A stretch of DNA of 60,473 nucleotides, counting the filler. It is 3 parts of 3 records of this genome, joined end to end, with 100 filler letters (N's around TTAATTAATTAA, not from the genome) between each part and the next. Parts side by side here need not be neighbours in the genome. Positions count along the whole stretch, not along the records: positions 20,843 to 47,647 come from DRR723986_1741; 2 more parts are not named here. The stretch is one strand, 5' to 3'. The notes beneath the pieces were generated by a model. That model was not told the DNA's origin. It saw nothing but the letters and a program-made list of their open reading frames with translations, and ran no database searches. Both the position numbers and the translations under genes were made by a program. This document shows, piece after piece, positions 30,580 to 41,514 of the stretch (position 1 is its first letter; each line of letters begins with the position of its first letter).

Positions 30580-31655
30580 TGAATGCATGTTTAAAAAACA
30601 GCCTGCGTATCGCAGCTGTTTTCAGTTTAATGATGTTGGTTTTTCTGGCCTTCCAGAACACGGCACGTGCTCAAACGGTTAGCGGTCAAGAGCCCAACAT
30701 TTGCGTATTCGATTTGCTCGGTGCCAAAGGACCTATTTTTAATCTGGCTCAAGAGTACGCGCTTGAGGGCCGAAAAAACGGTTATGGCTTCAAGCCTGTG
30801 GTGTATACCAACGAATCAGTAGCTGCCAAAGACTTTGAAATTGGTGTGTGTGATGGCTTGGTGGCCACCGGTATTCGAACCCGGAAATACAACAGTTTCA
30901 CCGGCAGCCTGGATGCGATTGGTGGTTTGCCCAATTACGATGCAGTGTTGTTGGCTTTGAAGTCGATGGGCAGCCCACAATTGCAAAGTGTGATGCAGCA
31001 AAGCGATTTTGAAGTGGGTGGTGTACTGCCTTTTGGAACTGCGTATGTGTTTGTGCGCGATCGTGAAATCAATTCCCTGGCCAAGGCCGCGGGCAAGCGA
31101 GTGGCTGCGTTGTCGCACGATGAATCCCAGCGCAGCCTGATTGAGCAGGTTGGCGCACAACCAATTTCCGCTGACGTTTCCAATTATGGTTCGATGTTCA
31201 ACAATGGTGCGGTGGATATAATTGTGGCGCCCTCTATCGCCTATTCACCTCTTGAACTCTACAAGGGCCTTGGCAAGCGTGGCGCAATTATTCAGCTCCC
31301 GGTGGCCATGGTGACCTACCAAATCATTTTGCGGAAGTCGAAATTTCAGCCAGGTTCTGGCCAGAAGTTGCGTGCTTTTGTCGCACAGGAAATGCCCAAG
31401 GCCTTGGATGCGGTGAAAAAAATTGACCGGCAAATACCAGACAAAGCCTGGCTGAAAATGACGGATGCAGACAAGGTGGAATACACCACCATGATGCGTG
31501 AAGCCCGAATCAGCTTGAGCAAAGATGGCGTGTATGACGGTTGCGCCTTGCGCTTGTTGAAAAAGGTGCGCTGCTCGATCGATGGCAAAGCCTCCGAGTG
31601 CAGTTTGCCTGAGGGGTACACTGTGCCCAAAAGCTGCCCAATCCAGGCGATGTAA
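30576..31655 (+). CDS. Putative solute-binding protein (DUF6091/AdeT-like, TRAP-SBP fold)
   Basis: Signal peptide; CVFDLLGAKG, YTNESVAAKDF..G.CD, PLELYKGLG and LKKVRC motifs. Confidence 0.75.
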   Translation: MMNACLKNSLRIAAVFSLMMLVFLAFQNTARAQTVSGQEPNICVFDLLGAKGPIFNLAQEYALEGRKNGYGFKPVVYTNESVAAKDFEIGVCDGLVATGIRTRKYNSFTGSLDAIGGLPNYDAVLLALKSMGSPQLQSVMQQSDFEVGGVLPFGTAYVFVRDREINSLAKAAGKRVAALSHDESQRSLIEQVGAQPISADVSNYGSMFNNGAVDIIVAPSIAYSPLELYKGLGKRGAIIQLPVAMVTYQIILRKSKFQPGSGQKLRAFVAQEMPKALDAVKKIDRQIPDKAWLKMTDADKVEYTTMMREARISLSKDGVYDGCALRLLKKVRCSIDGKASECSLPEGYTVPKSCPIQAM

Positions 31656-31670
31656 GCTGGCGCCCGATAA

Positions 31671-32171
31671 TCAGCCAATCACAACCGGGGTGTCGGGAAG
31701 TTCATTCTTGCCACCCCCCTTGTGTGGAAAGTGTTCGATCAGTTGTTTGCTCACGGCCTCGATACAGTCCATCACCCCGGCTTCAAATTGTCCTTCCCTG
31801 AAAGCGCGTCCAACTTCCTTGCACAATTCTTCCCAATAAGCGTTGCCTACTTTGGCATGAATGCCTCGATCGGCAACGATTTCGATGGCATGGTCGGCCA
31901 ACAAGACGTAAATGAGCACCCCGTTGTTCAGTTCGGTGTCCCAGACATGCAACTCGCTAAACACCTCAATGGCGCGTTCTCGAGGTGTTTGTTGCCTTAG
32001 CAAGGGTTGCAGTTCAAGCGAGCTTTCCACGGCGACCCGAATTTCCCCGGAGTGGAGCATCTCACTGGTTTTGATCGCATGGGCCAGATGATCCAGTTGT
32101 TCACGCTTAAAGATCCTTCGCACGTGGCGTTCAGCAGTCATCAGGTGTGTGTAGATTCGCTTGAAACCCAT
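31671..32171 (-). CDS. TPM-domain protein
   Basis: SGEIRVAVE, NNGVLIYVLLAD, IVADRGI and NELPD motifs. Confidence 0.88.
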   Translation of the reverse strand: MGFKRIYTHLMTAERHVRRIFKREQLDHLAHAIKTSEMLHSGEIRVAVESSLELQPLLRQQTPRERAIEVFSELHVWDTELNNGVLIYVLLADHAIEIVADRGIHAKVGNAYWEELCKEVGRAFREGQFEAGVMDCIEAVSKQLIEHFPHKGGGKNELPDTPVVIG

Positions 32172-32173
32172 GT

Positions 32174-33046
32174 TTACCACCTTCCTGAGGCACCACCGCC
32201 TCCAAAACCACCGCCGCCACCGCTGAAGCCGCCACCCCCACCAAAGCCTCCGCTACTTCGGCCAAAGCCACCACGTCCGCCGCCGATACCCCCGACCGAA
32301 CTCCCAAAGAGGGTAAGCAGGGCAGCTACGGCTGCGGCGAGCAGGGCAAAAATGATTACTCCTGCAAACAGCCAAGCCACCACGAACACCAAACTGCCTG
32401 TGAGCACTGCCGCCGGTAACTTGCCAATCGCTTTGCGCAAGAACCCACCCACGAACAGCGAGAGCATGAACAACACGGGTGCGATATCCTCGATGGGGTC
32501 TTTGACGCTGTTTTCCGTCGCCTGCGCTTGGGGTTCAGGCAGTGGCTCGCCTTCAATGACCCTCATCATCTGATCCACCCCGGCCGACACACCGCCCGCA
32601 ATGTCACCCCGGCGAAACAGAGGCACAATCGTTTCTTCAATGATTCGTTTCGAAGTAATGTCGGTGAGGGCACCTTCAAGGCCATAGCCCACCTCAATGC
32701 GCAGCGCACGGTCTTGCAGGGCCACCACCAAAATTGCACCATCATCAATATTCTTGCGCCCAATTTTCCATTGTTCGGCCACGCGCAAGGCGTATTGTTC
32801 AATTGCCTCAGGTTGAGTGGTCGGTACCAGTAGCACCGCAATCTGGCTGCCTTTGCTGGCCTCAAACACCTGCAATTTTTGGATCAGCGCAACCTTCTGT
32901 TGCTGGCTCAGCGTGCCGGTGGTGTCCACCACTTGAGCGCTTAAAGGGGGCACCGGTATTTCATCGGCCCACAACAAGCCCGGTGCAAGAAGGGCGATTG
33001 CACACAGCAAAAATTGGCCGAAAGTATGACGGATGGCGATCATCAC
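32174..33046 (-). CDS. TPM-domain membrane protein (YgcG-like) with a Gly-rich tail
   Basis: RIEVGYGLEG motif; tail GGGGGFSGGGGGFGGGGASGRW. Confidence 0.9.
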   Translation of the reverse strand: MMIAIRHTFGQFLLCAIALLAPGLLWADEIPVPPLSAQVVDTTGTLSQQQKVALIQKLQVFEASKGSQIAVLLVPTTQPEAIEQYALRVAEQWKIGRKNIDDGAILVVALQDRALRIEVGYGLEGALTDITSKRIIEETIVPLFRRGDIAGGVSAGVDQMMRVIEGEPLPEPQAQATENSVKDPIEDIAPVLFMLSLFVGGFLRKAIGKLPAAVLTGSLVFVVAWLFAGVIIFALLAAAVAALLTLFGSSVGGIGGGRGGFGRSSGGFGGGGGFSGGGGGFGGGGASGRW

Positions 33047-33636
33047 TTGGTGCCGAAGTCCACAGTGGGTGGCTTGGAAATTGCCGCTTCATTCTCAACC
33101 GTGAAGCTGGGTTTGACGTCGTAACCCATCACCATGGCGGTGAGATTATTGGGGAATGAGCGCACGGTCACGTTGTAATCCTGAACCGATTTGATGTAAC
33201 GGTTGCGGGCCACTGTAATCCTGTTTTCCGTACCCTCAAGCTGCGTTTGCAAATCACGAAATCCCTGGTTTGCTTTCAAATTCGGGTAGTTCTCGGTGAT
33301 CAGCAACAACCGTGACAGGGCTCCGCTCAGTTCTCCTTGCGCTTGTTGAAACTTGTTGAAAGCGTCTGGGTCGTTGATCAGTTCCGGGGTGGCCTGAATT
33401 GAAGTTGCTTTTGAGCGCGCTTCAACCACCTGGGTCAGCGTTTCCTGCTCAAAATTGGCCTCTGCCTTGACTACATTCACCAGGTTGGGCACCAGGTCGG
33501 CCCGGCGCTGATACTGGTTCAACACTTCTGCCCAGGCTGCTTTCACTTGTTCGTCATTGGTTTGAATGGTGTTATATCCGCAGCCGCTGAGAGCCAGCGC
33601 AAACATCAGGGTGAACAGAGAGAAAACGCGATTCAT
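33043..33636 (-). CDS. lemA: LemA-family lipoprotein
   Basis: LSGCGYN, YQRRADLVPNLV, ENYPNLKA and LEGTENRI motifs; GGAG RBS. Confidence 0.93.
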   Translation of the reverse strand: MNRVFSLFTLMFALALSGCGYNTIQTNDEQVKAAWAEVLNQYQRRADLVPNLVNVVKAEANFEQETLTQVVEARSKATSIQATPELINDPDAFNKFQQAQGELSGALSRLLLITENYPNLKANQGFRDLQTQLEGTENRITVARNRYIKSVQDYNVTVRSFPNNLTAMVMGYDVKPSFTVENEAAISKPPTVDFGTK

Positions 33637-33678
33637 GTGAACGCTCCTTAGTGGGGTGGGTTGACTGATTGTGCAATT

Positions 33679-33713
33679 AAAAAAGCCCATGGTGCAACTG
33701 CAGCATGGGCTTT
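33679..33713 (-). terminator. Intrinsic terminator downstream of rho
   Basis: AAAGCCCATG...CATGGGCTTT stem followed by a T-run on the minus strand. Confidence 0.75.
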
Positions 33714-33734
33714 GCTTTGAAAAGATGATCCGCT

Positions 33735-34991
33735 TTACTTCTTCATCATCTCGAAAAATTCTGCGTTGTTTTTCGTTTGACGGATCTTGTCCATCAGGAA
33801 TTCCATCGCAGCAATTTCGTCCATGTCGTGCAGCAAGCGGCGCAGTACCCAAATCTTCTGCAGCAGATCGGGCTTGATCAGCAGTTCTTCGCGGCGTGTG
33901 GAAGAACGGTTGATGTTGATGGCCGGGTACACACGCTTTTCCGCCATGCGGCGTTCCATGTGAATTTCCATGTTACCGGTGCCCTTGAATTCTTCGTAAA
34001 TCACTTCATCCATGCGGCTGCCAGTGTCTACCAGTGCAGTTGCGATGATTGTGAGCGAACCACCTTCTTCAATGTTTCGGGCGGCGCCGAAGAATCGTTT
34101 GGGGCGGTGCAGGGCGTTGGCATCTACACCACCGGTCAGCACCTTGCCAGAAGACGGCACGACGGTGTTGTACGCACGGGCCAAACGGGTAATGGAATCG
34201 AGCAGGATGACGACATCGCGCTTGTGCTCAACCAGTCGCTTGGCCTTTTCAATCACCATTTCTGCAACCTGCACGTGGCGGGTCGCGGGTTCATCGAATG
34301 TGGAGGCGATCACTTCGCCACGCACGGAGCGCATCATTTCCGTTACTTCTTCGGGGCGTTCATCGATCAGCAACACAATCAAGGTGATGTCGGGGTGATT
34401 GGCGGTGATTGCGTGGGCAATATGCTGCAGCATCACGGTTTTACCTGATTTCGGCGGGGCTACCAGCAAACCTCGCTGGCCCTTGCCAATGGGTGCCACC
34501 AGGTCAATGATACGGCCCGTGTTGTTCTCTTCACCGCGCATGTCGCGTTCCAGCTTCAATGGCTGGTTGGGGTGCAGCGGCGTCAGGTTTTCAAACAGAA
34601 TTTTGTGTTTGCTGGCCTCAGGCGCTTCGCCGTTGACCTTGTCCACTTTCACCAGCGCAAAATAACGCTCACCGTCTTTCGGGGTGCGTACCTCACCTTC
34701 AATGCTGTCACCCGTATGCAGGTTGAAGCGGCGGATCTGGCTGGGGGAAATGTAAATGTCGTCCGGGCTGGCCAGGTAGGAAGTTTCCGGTGAGCGCAGG
34801 AAGCCAAAGCCATCCGGCAATACTTCGAGCACGCCGTCACCAAAAATTTGTTCGCCGTTTTTGGCGCGTTTTTTCAGGATTGCGAACATCAATTCCTGCT
34901 TGCGCATGCGGTTGGCGTTTTCAATTTCGAGGCCACCAGCCACTTCAAGCAGGGCAGAGACGTGTTGCGTTTTGAGTTCAGATAGATACAT
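33735..34991 (-). CDS. rho: Transcription termination factor Rho
   Basis: [25 protein letters not shown] and [10 protein letters not shown] motifs. Confidence 0.99.
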   Translation of the reverse strand: MYLSELKTQHVSALLEVAGGLEIENANRMRKQELMFAILKKRAKNGEQIFGDGVLEVLPDGFGFLRSPETSYLASPDDIYISPSQIRRFNLHTGDSIEGEVRTPKDGERYFALVKVDKVNGEAPEASKHKILFENLTPLHPNQPLKLERDMRGEENNTGRIIDLVAPIGKGQRGLLVAPPKSGKTVMLQHIAHAITANHPDITLIVLLIDERPEEVTEMMRSVRGEVIASTFDEPATRHVQVAEMVIEKAKRLVEHKRDVVILLDSITRLARAYNTVVPSSGKVLTGGVDANALHRPKRFFGAARNIEEGGSLTIIATALVDTGSRMDEVIYEEFKGTGNMEIHMERRMAEKRVYPAININRSSTRREELLIKPDLLQKIWVLRRLLHDMDEIAAMEFLMDKIRQTKNNAEFFEMMKK

Positions 34992-35113
34992 GTTTGGCTA
35001 TTTGTGTAGGTGGCGAACGCCGCGAGGTAAACAGGTTAACGAAGGGTGGGGGTTGTGCTGCAGTGAGGGGGTTCGATGCCCGGCACACGCCGGGCTACTC
35101 AATCAATATTGTA

Positions 35114-35443
35114 TTACAGGTGGCTGTCGATAAAAGCAGCCAGCTGTGATTTGGACAACGCGCCTACTTTCGTAGCCACCACTGCACCATTCTTGAACAA
35201 CATCAAGGTTGGAATGCCGCGGATGCCGTATTTGGCGGGTGTTTCCGAGTTTTCGTCGACGTTCATCTTGGCGATTTGCAGTTTGCCCTGGTATTCAGAG
35301 GACAAATCATCAAGAATTGGCGCGATCATTTTGCAAGGACCACACCATTCAGCCCAATAATCCACCAGCACTGGGCCGTCGGTTTTCAAAACATCGCTGT
35401 CGAAAGATGCGTCACTGACGTGTTTGATCAGGTCACTGCTCAT
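35114..35443 (-). CDS. trxA: Thioredoxin 1
   Basis: WCGPC active site; trxA-rho gene order. Confidence 0.98.
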   Translation of the reverse strand: MSSDLIKHVSDASFDSDVLKTDGPVLVDYWAEWCGPCKMIAPILDDLSSEYQGKLQIAKMNVDENSETPAKYGIRGIPTLMLFKNGAVVATKVGALSKSQLAAFIDSHL

Positions 35444-35626
35444 TTAAATCCTCAAGTGGGTAATTGCTTTGGAGGGTATTCACAAAGCATGTCCGGGTGA
35501 TTAAAGCACACGCGCAGACCATGAAAGTTCTTCATTTAAGAAAATGCTATTCTGAATGGTACAGCGAAATCGAACTGAAACACAAACCCGTGCTCGTTTT
35601 AATCGACTTAACAACACATACACGCT

Positions 35627-38143
35627 TTGACCCTACACCCCGTTTCCATCGATCCTTTTCAAGGCACTCCTTTTGCCAAGGCGTTTGACTGGCTGAACCA
35701 ATCGGGTCTTGAGGCCGGGCGAGTCTTGTGGATCATGCCCCGAATCGAGACGGTGGGTGGCTTTAAACAACTTTGGGCGCAGCACCATGCTGGCCGGGCC
35801 ACACTGGGGCCCTGGATTCAAACCGCAGACCGTCTGAGCCAGCCTGCAGCCCTTGGTCCCTGGTTGACCCTGCAAGCTGATTTGGTGGGGGTGTTGCGAC
35901 AATTGCCTCTGCTAAGTGGTGGGTCATCGCCCTCGCAATTGTGGGGTTTGGCACAGGAATATCTGGAGTTGGCGTTGCGACAGGTGTTGGTGCAAAAACG
36001 CAACACCAGCGCGCTGGTTCAATATTCAGAGAACAATGCTTTCGCCGCTGAAGAGGCCCAAGTGGTGGCCACACTGGCTCAAACCTACGCCAGCGAGCTG
36101 ATGAACCTGCTGCCCAAACCAACCGAACCGGGGGGGCAGCCGCCTGAGCAGGTAGTGTGGTTTGACGACGGCGAGACGGTGCCTGGCTTGTGGCTTGAGC
36201 AGTTTTATCCCGAGGTTCCGGTGAAAGTTTTCAAGCTTGCCACCATTGAGGGGGCGCAACCCTGGCAAATTCTGGGGGCGAAGCGTTTTGAAGGCCAGAA
36301 CAGTCCGGTGGCGTTGCAAGTGGCCCCCGACGAAACCACACAGGCCCAGCAAGCCGCGCATCAAATTCTGAGTTGGTTGCGCGAAGACCCGGTCAGCGAA
36401 ATTGCAGTCGCTGTGCTTGATCGTTTGGCTGCACGCCGCATGGTCGCGCTGCTCGGTGATGTCGGTGTGTCGGTAGATGACCGCACCGGTTGGCGTTTGT
36501 CCACATCCAATGTGGCTGGCTGGTTTGACCAGCTGTTGCAACAGTTTGCTGAGCAAGGCGAGCTCACGGCCATCGCCCAGCCTTTCTCAGGTTTGCCTAT
36601 CGAACAAACAGAGCCTTGGGCTTTTGGTAAAACAGGGAGCCGGTACACGCTGGCGCAGTGGGCTTGTGCCTTTTTGGGCCTGTTCGAAAAACATGGTTTG
36701 AACGAAGCCTTGGGGCCAGATGAGGCGGGGCAACAACTTTTGACCGTGTTGGGTTTGATGCAGCGGGTGCCCGCACAGACCGAATTTGACGCACAGGAAT
36801 TTCTGGCGGCCTGGCGCAGTTGGGCTGAGTCACAGCGTTTTCGTCCGCTGGACATTGAGAGCCCCGTACGCATGGTGCCCTTGCTGAGCACGCGCATGCG
36901 GCAATTCAAGCGCGTGTTGGTCTTGGGTTGCGCACAATCGCATTTTCAAGAGAGCCCACCCGGTTTGTTGCCGCCTGCTGTGGCGCAGGAACTGGGTTTT
37001 CCCGGCCCGCGCCTGGCACGCATACAAAAAATATCCGCCCTCTACGAATTGCTGTTGTACAGCGATGAGGTCACCTTGGTACACAGTGCTCAGGTGGCTG
37101 GCAAACCAGAGATGTTGTTGCCCGAATTGATGTGGCTGGATATTGTGTTGCGAGATGCTGAAAGCCATTCGGAACATTGGTCCACAAAGTGGTATCGCGC
37201 ACCGGGCAATTGTGAAATTGAAGTGCGCGAAACGCCCGAGCAGGCTTTGCAACTGACTGCCCTGAGCGATTTGGGCTCAATACCGGATTCACTCAAGGTC
37301 ACAGCGCTGGACGACTGGAAGGCCTGTCGCCTCCGCTTTGGTTTGAAACACGCTTTGCCCTGGCCTGCCCAGCGTAATGAGAGCGCCATGCGCTACGAAC
37401 AGCTGCGCGGAATTTTTGTGCACAAGGTGCTGGAGAAAACCGCGCAGCATATGGCTTTGCCAGGTCAGCCCGTGAACCAACTACAAGCGTGGAAGCAGGC
37501 CTTGCTGGACCATGCCCAGTGGGTGTGGGGCAAGCTCGAACTGGACGATCGTGCGAAGGTGTACCCGTTTCTGAAATTTTTTGATCAAATCGTGCCGCGC
37601 CTTGCTGGTAAATTGATGGAACGTCAAATTCAGGGCTGGCAATTCAAGGGAGCAGAGCAGCAACTTGAACACACCCTGGTGCTTCAACCGAGCGGTGCTA
37701 CCCTCACATTGAAAGGCCGTGTTGACAGGCTGGATGTCCGGGGCGATGCACTGGCCATCGCCGACATTAAATTCACCAACCCGGCTGTCTTGAAAAGGCG
37801 ATTGGAAGACCCTTTAAGCCAGCCTCAATTGCCTGCCTATCAGGCCATGTTGAACGACCCAGGTGCGCAGCTTGATTTTCTGGGCTTGCACAAGGACAAG
37901 GTGGATTGGGTCAGTTTTCCGCCTTTGGATGATGAGCACCGTGAACAGGGTTTTCAGTCTTGGGGCGAGGTGTTGATCAGTGAACTGTCCAGTGAACTGG
38001 ATTTGTTTTTTGAAGGCCGGGCGGTATGGCAAGCCAACCCGGGCGATGCCTGCGAATACTGCGATGTGCGCGGCGTGTGCAGGCCTGAAACTCACCCTTT
38101 GTTTAATGATGGCGTGGCTGGCGACGAGGGCGACGATGAGTAA
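35627..38143 (+). CDS. addB: AddB-like PD-(D/E)XK nuclease subunit
   Basis: RGIFVH, GRVDRLD...DIK, QLPAY and C-terminal CEYCDVRGVCR Fe-S cysteines; overlaps the addA start. Confidence 0.82.
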   Translation: MTLHPVSIDPFQGTPFAKAFDWLNQSGLEAGRVLWIMPRIETVGGFKQLWAQHHAGRATLGPWIQTADRLSQPAALGPWLTLQADLVGVLRQLPLLSGGSSPSQLWGLAQEYLELALRQVLVQKRNTSALVQYSENNAFAAEEAQVVATLAQTYASELMNLLPKPTEPGGQPPEQVVWFDDGETVPGLWLEQFYPEVPVKVFKLATIEGAQPWQILGAKRFEGQNSPVALQVAPDETTQAQQAAHQILSWLREDPVSEIAVAVLDRLAARRMVALLGDVGVSVDDRTGWRLSTSNVAGWFDQLLQQFAEQGELTAIAQPFSGLPIEQTEPWAFGKTGSRYTLAQWACAFLGLFEKHGLNEALGPDEAGQQLLTVLGLMQRVPAQTEFDAQEFLAAWRSWAESQRFRPLDIESPVRMVPLLSTRMRQFKRVLVLGCAQSHFQESPPGLLPPAVAQELGFPGPRLARIQKISALYELLLYSDEVTLVHSAQVAGKPEMLLPELMWLDIVLRDAESHSEHWSTKWYRAPGNCEIEVRETPEQALQLTALSDLGSIPDSLKVTALDDWKACRLRFGLKHALPWPAQRNESAMRYEQLRGIFVHKVLEKTAQHMALPGQPVNQLQAWKQALLDHAQWVWGKLELDDRAKVYPFLKFFDQIVPRLAGKLMERQIQGWQFKGAEQQLEHTLVLQPSGATLTLKGRVDRLDVRGDALAIADIKFTNPAVLKRRLEDPLSQPQLPAYQAMLNDPGAQLDFLGLHKDKVDWVSFPPLDDEHREQGFQSWGEVLISELSSELDLFFEGRAVWQANPGDACEYCDVRGVCRPETHPLFNDGVAGDEGDDE

Positions 38144-41100
38144 ATTCACCTCGATTGCCTGCGACCCCGCCAACAGCGTTGTTGTGGAGGCTTGTGCGGG
38201 CAGTGGTAAAACCTGGTTGTTGACCGCACGCCTGTTTCGTTTGCTGTTAAGTGGTGCAAGGCCTGATCAAATTTTGGCGATTACCTTCACCCGCAAAGCC
38301 GCACAGGAAATGCAGGAACGCCTGTTTGGTTTGTTGCGTGAATGTGCCTTGTTGAGTGACGACAAGCTGAGCGTTTTGTTGACCGAACGTGGTGCCGTGG
38401 CCAATCAGGCAAACCTGAATAAAGCGCGTGAACTGGCGGGAGAGGTGTTGACCAATTCACGGGGGGTGACCATTGACACCTTTCATGGCTGGTTCGCATC
38501 GTTGTGCCAAATGGCACCCTTGGCCAGTGGTTTCTCTAGGCAAAGTGAACCCACCGATCAAACCGGGTTCTGGATGGACCTGACCATTGACGTATTCACC
38601 GCCAATTTGTTGAATGATCAATCGGAATTGCTGGCAGCCTTTGACACGCTGGCTTCACAAATGGACCGCGCGGTGGTGCGTCAGGTATTGCAGCATGCGC
38701 TCAGCAATCGTGTGGCTTGTAGTTTGTGGTTGGGCAACAGCGATGCGCCGCCATTGAACACGGTGTTTGGCATTGATCAAGGCGAGCAATGGCCTGTTGA
38801 GGTGTTGAACAACAAGCATTATCTGGATCAATGGCAACAGGCTGCACGGTGGCTGTCCTTGGGCACAGCCAAGCAACAGGGCCATGCTATAGACATTGAA
38901 AAGGCGCTGACTGCGCTGCGCGAGGGCGCTGACGCAGCAGAGGTATTTGATCAGTTGAAAGCGGTTTGTTTGACTGCAAAAAATGAACCGAGCAAAAACT
39001 TTTTCAAGATCACCGCAGGGCAGAAAACTGCAGTGGACGAAACACTGTATGTGCAAACACTTGAAGGTCTGGCCCTGAAAACTGCACAGGCTTTGCAACT
39101 TGAAAAAGACCAGCTTGATATGCAGGCCACGGCTGCTTTGGCGCAATTGATTGAACCGCTGTTTGACACGTACAAATCAATCAAGCTCGATCAAGGTTTG
39201 TGCGATTTCGATGACCTTGAAGCGACCGCATTGCGCCTGTTGATGAATGATGAACAGCGTGCTTACATGCAGCAAAAACTGGACACGCGTGTGCGTCATT
39301 TGCTGGTCGATGAATTTCAAGACACCAATCCGGTGCAGTGGAATATCTTGAAACTCTGGTTGCAAGACTACAGTGGTGATGACAAGCCCAGTGTGTTTTT
39401 GGTGGGAGATCCGAAGCAATCAATTTACCGTTTTCGACGGGCGGAGGCCCGATTGTTCAACCACGCGCGAGCTTGGCTGGTTGAAAACTTCGCAGCCAAA
39501 ACTTTGGAATCGGATTCAACACGGCGGTGTGCGCAGCCTGTGGTTGATGTGGTCAATACCGTGTTTGAGCCGGGGCAAACGCGGGGGCAAACTGCCTTTC
39601 GCACACACACCAGTTTGGCTGGGAAAAGTGAATCAACGCTGAGTGGCTTGAATGTGTATCCCAAGCTGCTTAAAGAAGACGAAGGCCCGGATGAAGCGCA
39701 GCGCGTGGTGAACACCCTGCAACACTGGCTGAAAAACGGATGCATCAAGCATTTGAGTGAAGTGATGGTGTTGGTGCGCGCCCACAAAAGTGGTGTACCC
39801 CTCATGGCTGCCCTGCGTGAGGCTGGCCTGGCTTACACCATCAAAGACAAAGGCGAGCGTTATACCTCCCCGGTGTGGTCTGACACCATCGCCTTGCTTG
39901 GTTTTTTAAATGATCCACATGCCAATCTGTACTTGTTGCAGTTGTTGCGTTGCCCACTCATTGGTCTTTCTTCCCCGCAATTTCAGACGCTGATACAGGC
40001 CGGCAAAACAAGCAAGACCACTACGGTGTGGAGCACCCTCGAGGTGTTGGCAGGCAAGGGTGAATGGCCTTGGGCGAACCTGCATGCGCAATTGTCAGAA
40101 TGGCTGCGCATGGCGCGCGCCTTGCCGCTGTTTGAAACACTTTCAAAGGTGGTCACTGATACAGGTGCCTCTGAAAAATACTTGAATTGTGCGTCACCGC
40201 GCCAGCGGGTCATGATGGCTGAGCACTGGGATTGGTTGAAAGCTTGGGCACTGGGTTTGAACAAGGGGCGTTTTCCAAGCCTGCAGCACGCTTTGGATGA
40301 GGCGGTGAAACTGCAAACCTATGCCAGCTCCGACAGCGAAGGCGCAGCCAACAACCCCGATGTGCTGCGCATCATGACCGTACATTCCGCCAAGGGTCTG
40401 GAGGCAAACCATGTGTGGCTGTTCGATGCCAATTCCTCGCCCAAACCCGGTGGAAGCAATGCAGGTTTGCTGATCGATTGGGCTTTGGGTGAATCGCACC
40501 CCAGCGCAGTCACAGTGATGGGTAACCTGAACAACCCGAGCCCTGGCCGCGCGGCTGCGCAAACGATTGAACAGCAAGCCTATGTCGATGAAGAGGACCA
40601 CTTGCTGTATGTGGCATTGACCCGGGCCCGGTATTCCATTCATTTGAGTGGCAGTGAAAAACGCGGCGCAAGCAAGGGGTGGTACGAGCGCTTGTCGCCT
40701 TTCGCCACCCAGGTCCATGAAAACTGGCCTGTGCCTGAAAGCTCCCGGCACACTACCGTGCCGGGGCCGGCACAAACAGAATTGACTGGCTTGTTTGACC
40801 CGCCCGCGGTGTGGGTTCGTCCTCAATTTCCGGTGCTCAAGGCGTTGAACACGCCGGTGGGCAAGGTGGTACCCCGATTAACCTCACCTGAACTGCGCAA
40901 AGGTACGGCTTGGCATGCCGCGCTGGAATGGGTCGATGAATTGAAAGACATGTCGTTCGACGTTTGGTGGGCGCAGGTGCAGTTGCGTTGCGAGTCCGTA
41001 TTCCAGCGTTTGCAGGACGATGAATTGTCGCATGTGCAGCAAGCCTGCCAGTTGCTGGTCAACAAATCGGATTTGCAGCCCTGGTTGCAAGGGGCAAAGG

Positions 41101-41372
41101 CCAACAAGAATCGGGTGTTCAATGAACTGGAGTGGGTGTTGGGCGATGGACGGTCGCTGCGGGCTGACCGGGTGCTCGAGTTGCCCGACCGTTTTCTGGT
41201 GCTGGACTACAAATGGGCTGTTAATTCAGACAATTTGGAAGGCTATACCCGGCAAGTGATTGAATACGTGGGTTTAGTTGACCTCACGTTGAACAAGGGC
41301 AACAAGCCTGTCCCCACACAAGCTGCACTGATTGACCGGCACGGCGAAGTTCACTGGCTGACTTCGGTGTAG
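38136..41372 (+). CDS. addA: AddA-like UvrD helicase-nuclease
   Basis: ACAGSGKT, VDEFQDTN, VGDPKQSIYRFR, MTVHSAKGLE, LYVALTRA and C-terminal DRV...LDYK. Confidence 0.9.
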   Translation: MSKFTSIACDPANSVVVEACAGSGKTWLLTARLFRLLLSGARPDQILAITFTRKAAQEMQERLFGLLRECALLSDDKLSVLLTERGAVANQANLNKARELAGEVLTNSRGVTIDTFHGWFASLCQMAPLASGFSRQSEPTDQTGFWMDLTIDVFTANLLNDQSELLAAFDTLASQMDRAVVRQVLQHALSNRVACSLWLGNSDAPPLNTVFGIDQGEQWPVEVLNNKHYLDQWQQAARWLSLGTAKQQGHAIDIEKALTALREGADAAEVFDQLKAVCLTAKNEPSKNFFKITAGQKTAVDETLYVQTLEGLALKTAQALQLEKDQLDMQATAALAQLIEPLFDTYKSIKLDQGLCDFDDLEATALRLLMNDEQRAYMQQKLDTRVRHLLVDEFQDTNPVQWNILKLWLQDYSGDDKPSVFLVGDPKQSIYRFRRAEARLFNHARAWLVENFAAKTLESDSTRRCAQPVVDVVNTVFEPGQTRGQTAFRTHTSLAGKSESTLSGLNVYPKLLKEDEGPDEAQRVVNTLQHWLKNGCIKHLSEVMVLVRAHKSGVPLMAALREAGLAYTIKDKGERYTSPVWSDTIALLGFLNDPHANLYLLQLLRCPLIGLSSPQFQTLIQAGKTSKTTTVWSTLEVLAGKGEWPWANLHAQLSEWLRMARALPLFETLSKVVTDTGASEKYLNCASPRQRVMMAEHWDWLKAWALGLNKGRFPSLQHALDEAVKLQTYASSDSEGAANNPDVLRIMTVHSAKGLEANHVWLFDANSSPKPGGSNAGLLIDWALGESHPSAVTVMGNLNNPSPGRAAAQTIEQQAYVDEEDHLLYVALTRARYSIHLSGSEKRGASKGWYERLSPFATQVHENWPVPESSRHTTVPGPAQTELTGLFDPPAVWVRPQFPVLKALNTPVGKVVPRLTSPELRKGTAWHAALEWVDELKDMSFDVWWAQVQLRCESVFQRLQDDELSHVQQACQLLVNKSDLQPWLQGAKANKNRVFNELEWVLGDGRSLRADRVLELPDRFLVLDYKWAVNSDNLEGYTRQVIEYVGLVDLTLNKGNKPVPTQAALIDRHGEVHWLTSV

Positions 41373-41382
41373 AATTCAGGCT

Positions 41383-41476
41383 GGCGGGCCTCCCCGCATG
41401 GCGTAGCGGCCAACCTGGTCAGGTCCGGAAGGAAGCAGCCACAACCGTGAAGTCAGTGCCGGGGTTCTGGCTCGCC
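41383..41476 (+). ncRNA. ffs: Signal recognition particle RNA (4.5S)
   Basis: Core TCAGGTCCGGAAGGAAGCAGC; terminal pairing GGCGGGCC/GGCTCGCC; immediately upstream of dnaX. Confidence 0.95.
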
Positions 41477-41514
41477 TCTTAATTTGTTGGACCCAACTGC
41501 TGGACCCAATCTGA

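Noticed and set aside
32180..32300. CCACCG/CCGCC-rich repetitive tract
   Set aside because: It encodes the normal Gly-rich tail of YgcG/TPM proteins.
35627..41372. Helicase plus nuclease pair as a possible anti-phage system
   Set aside because: Motifs, Fe-S cysteines and position between trxA-rho and ffs-dnaX fit housekeeping AddAB repair.
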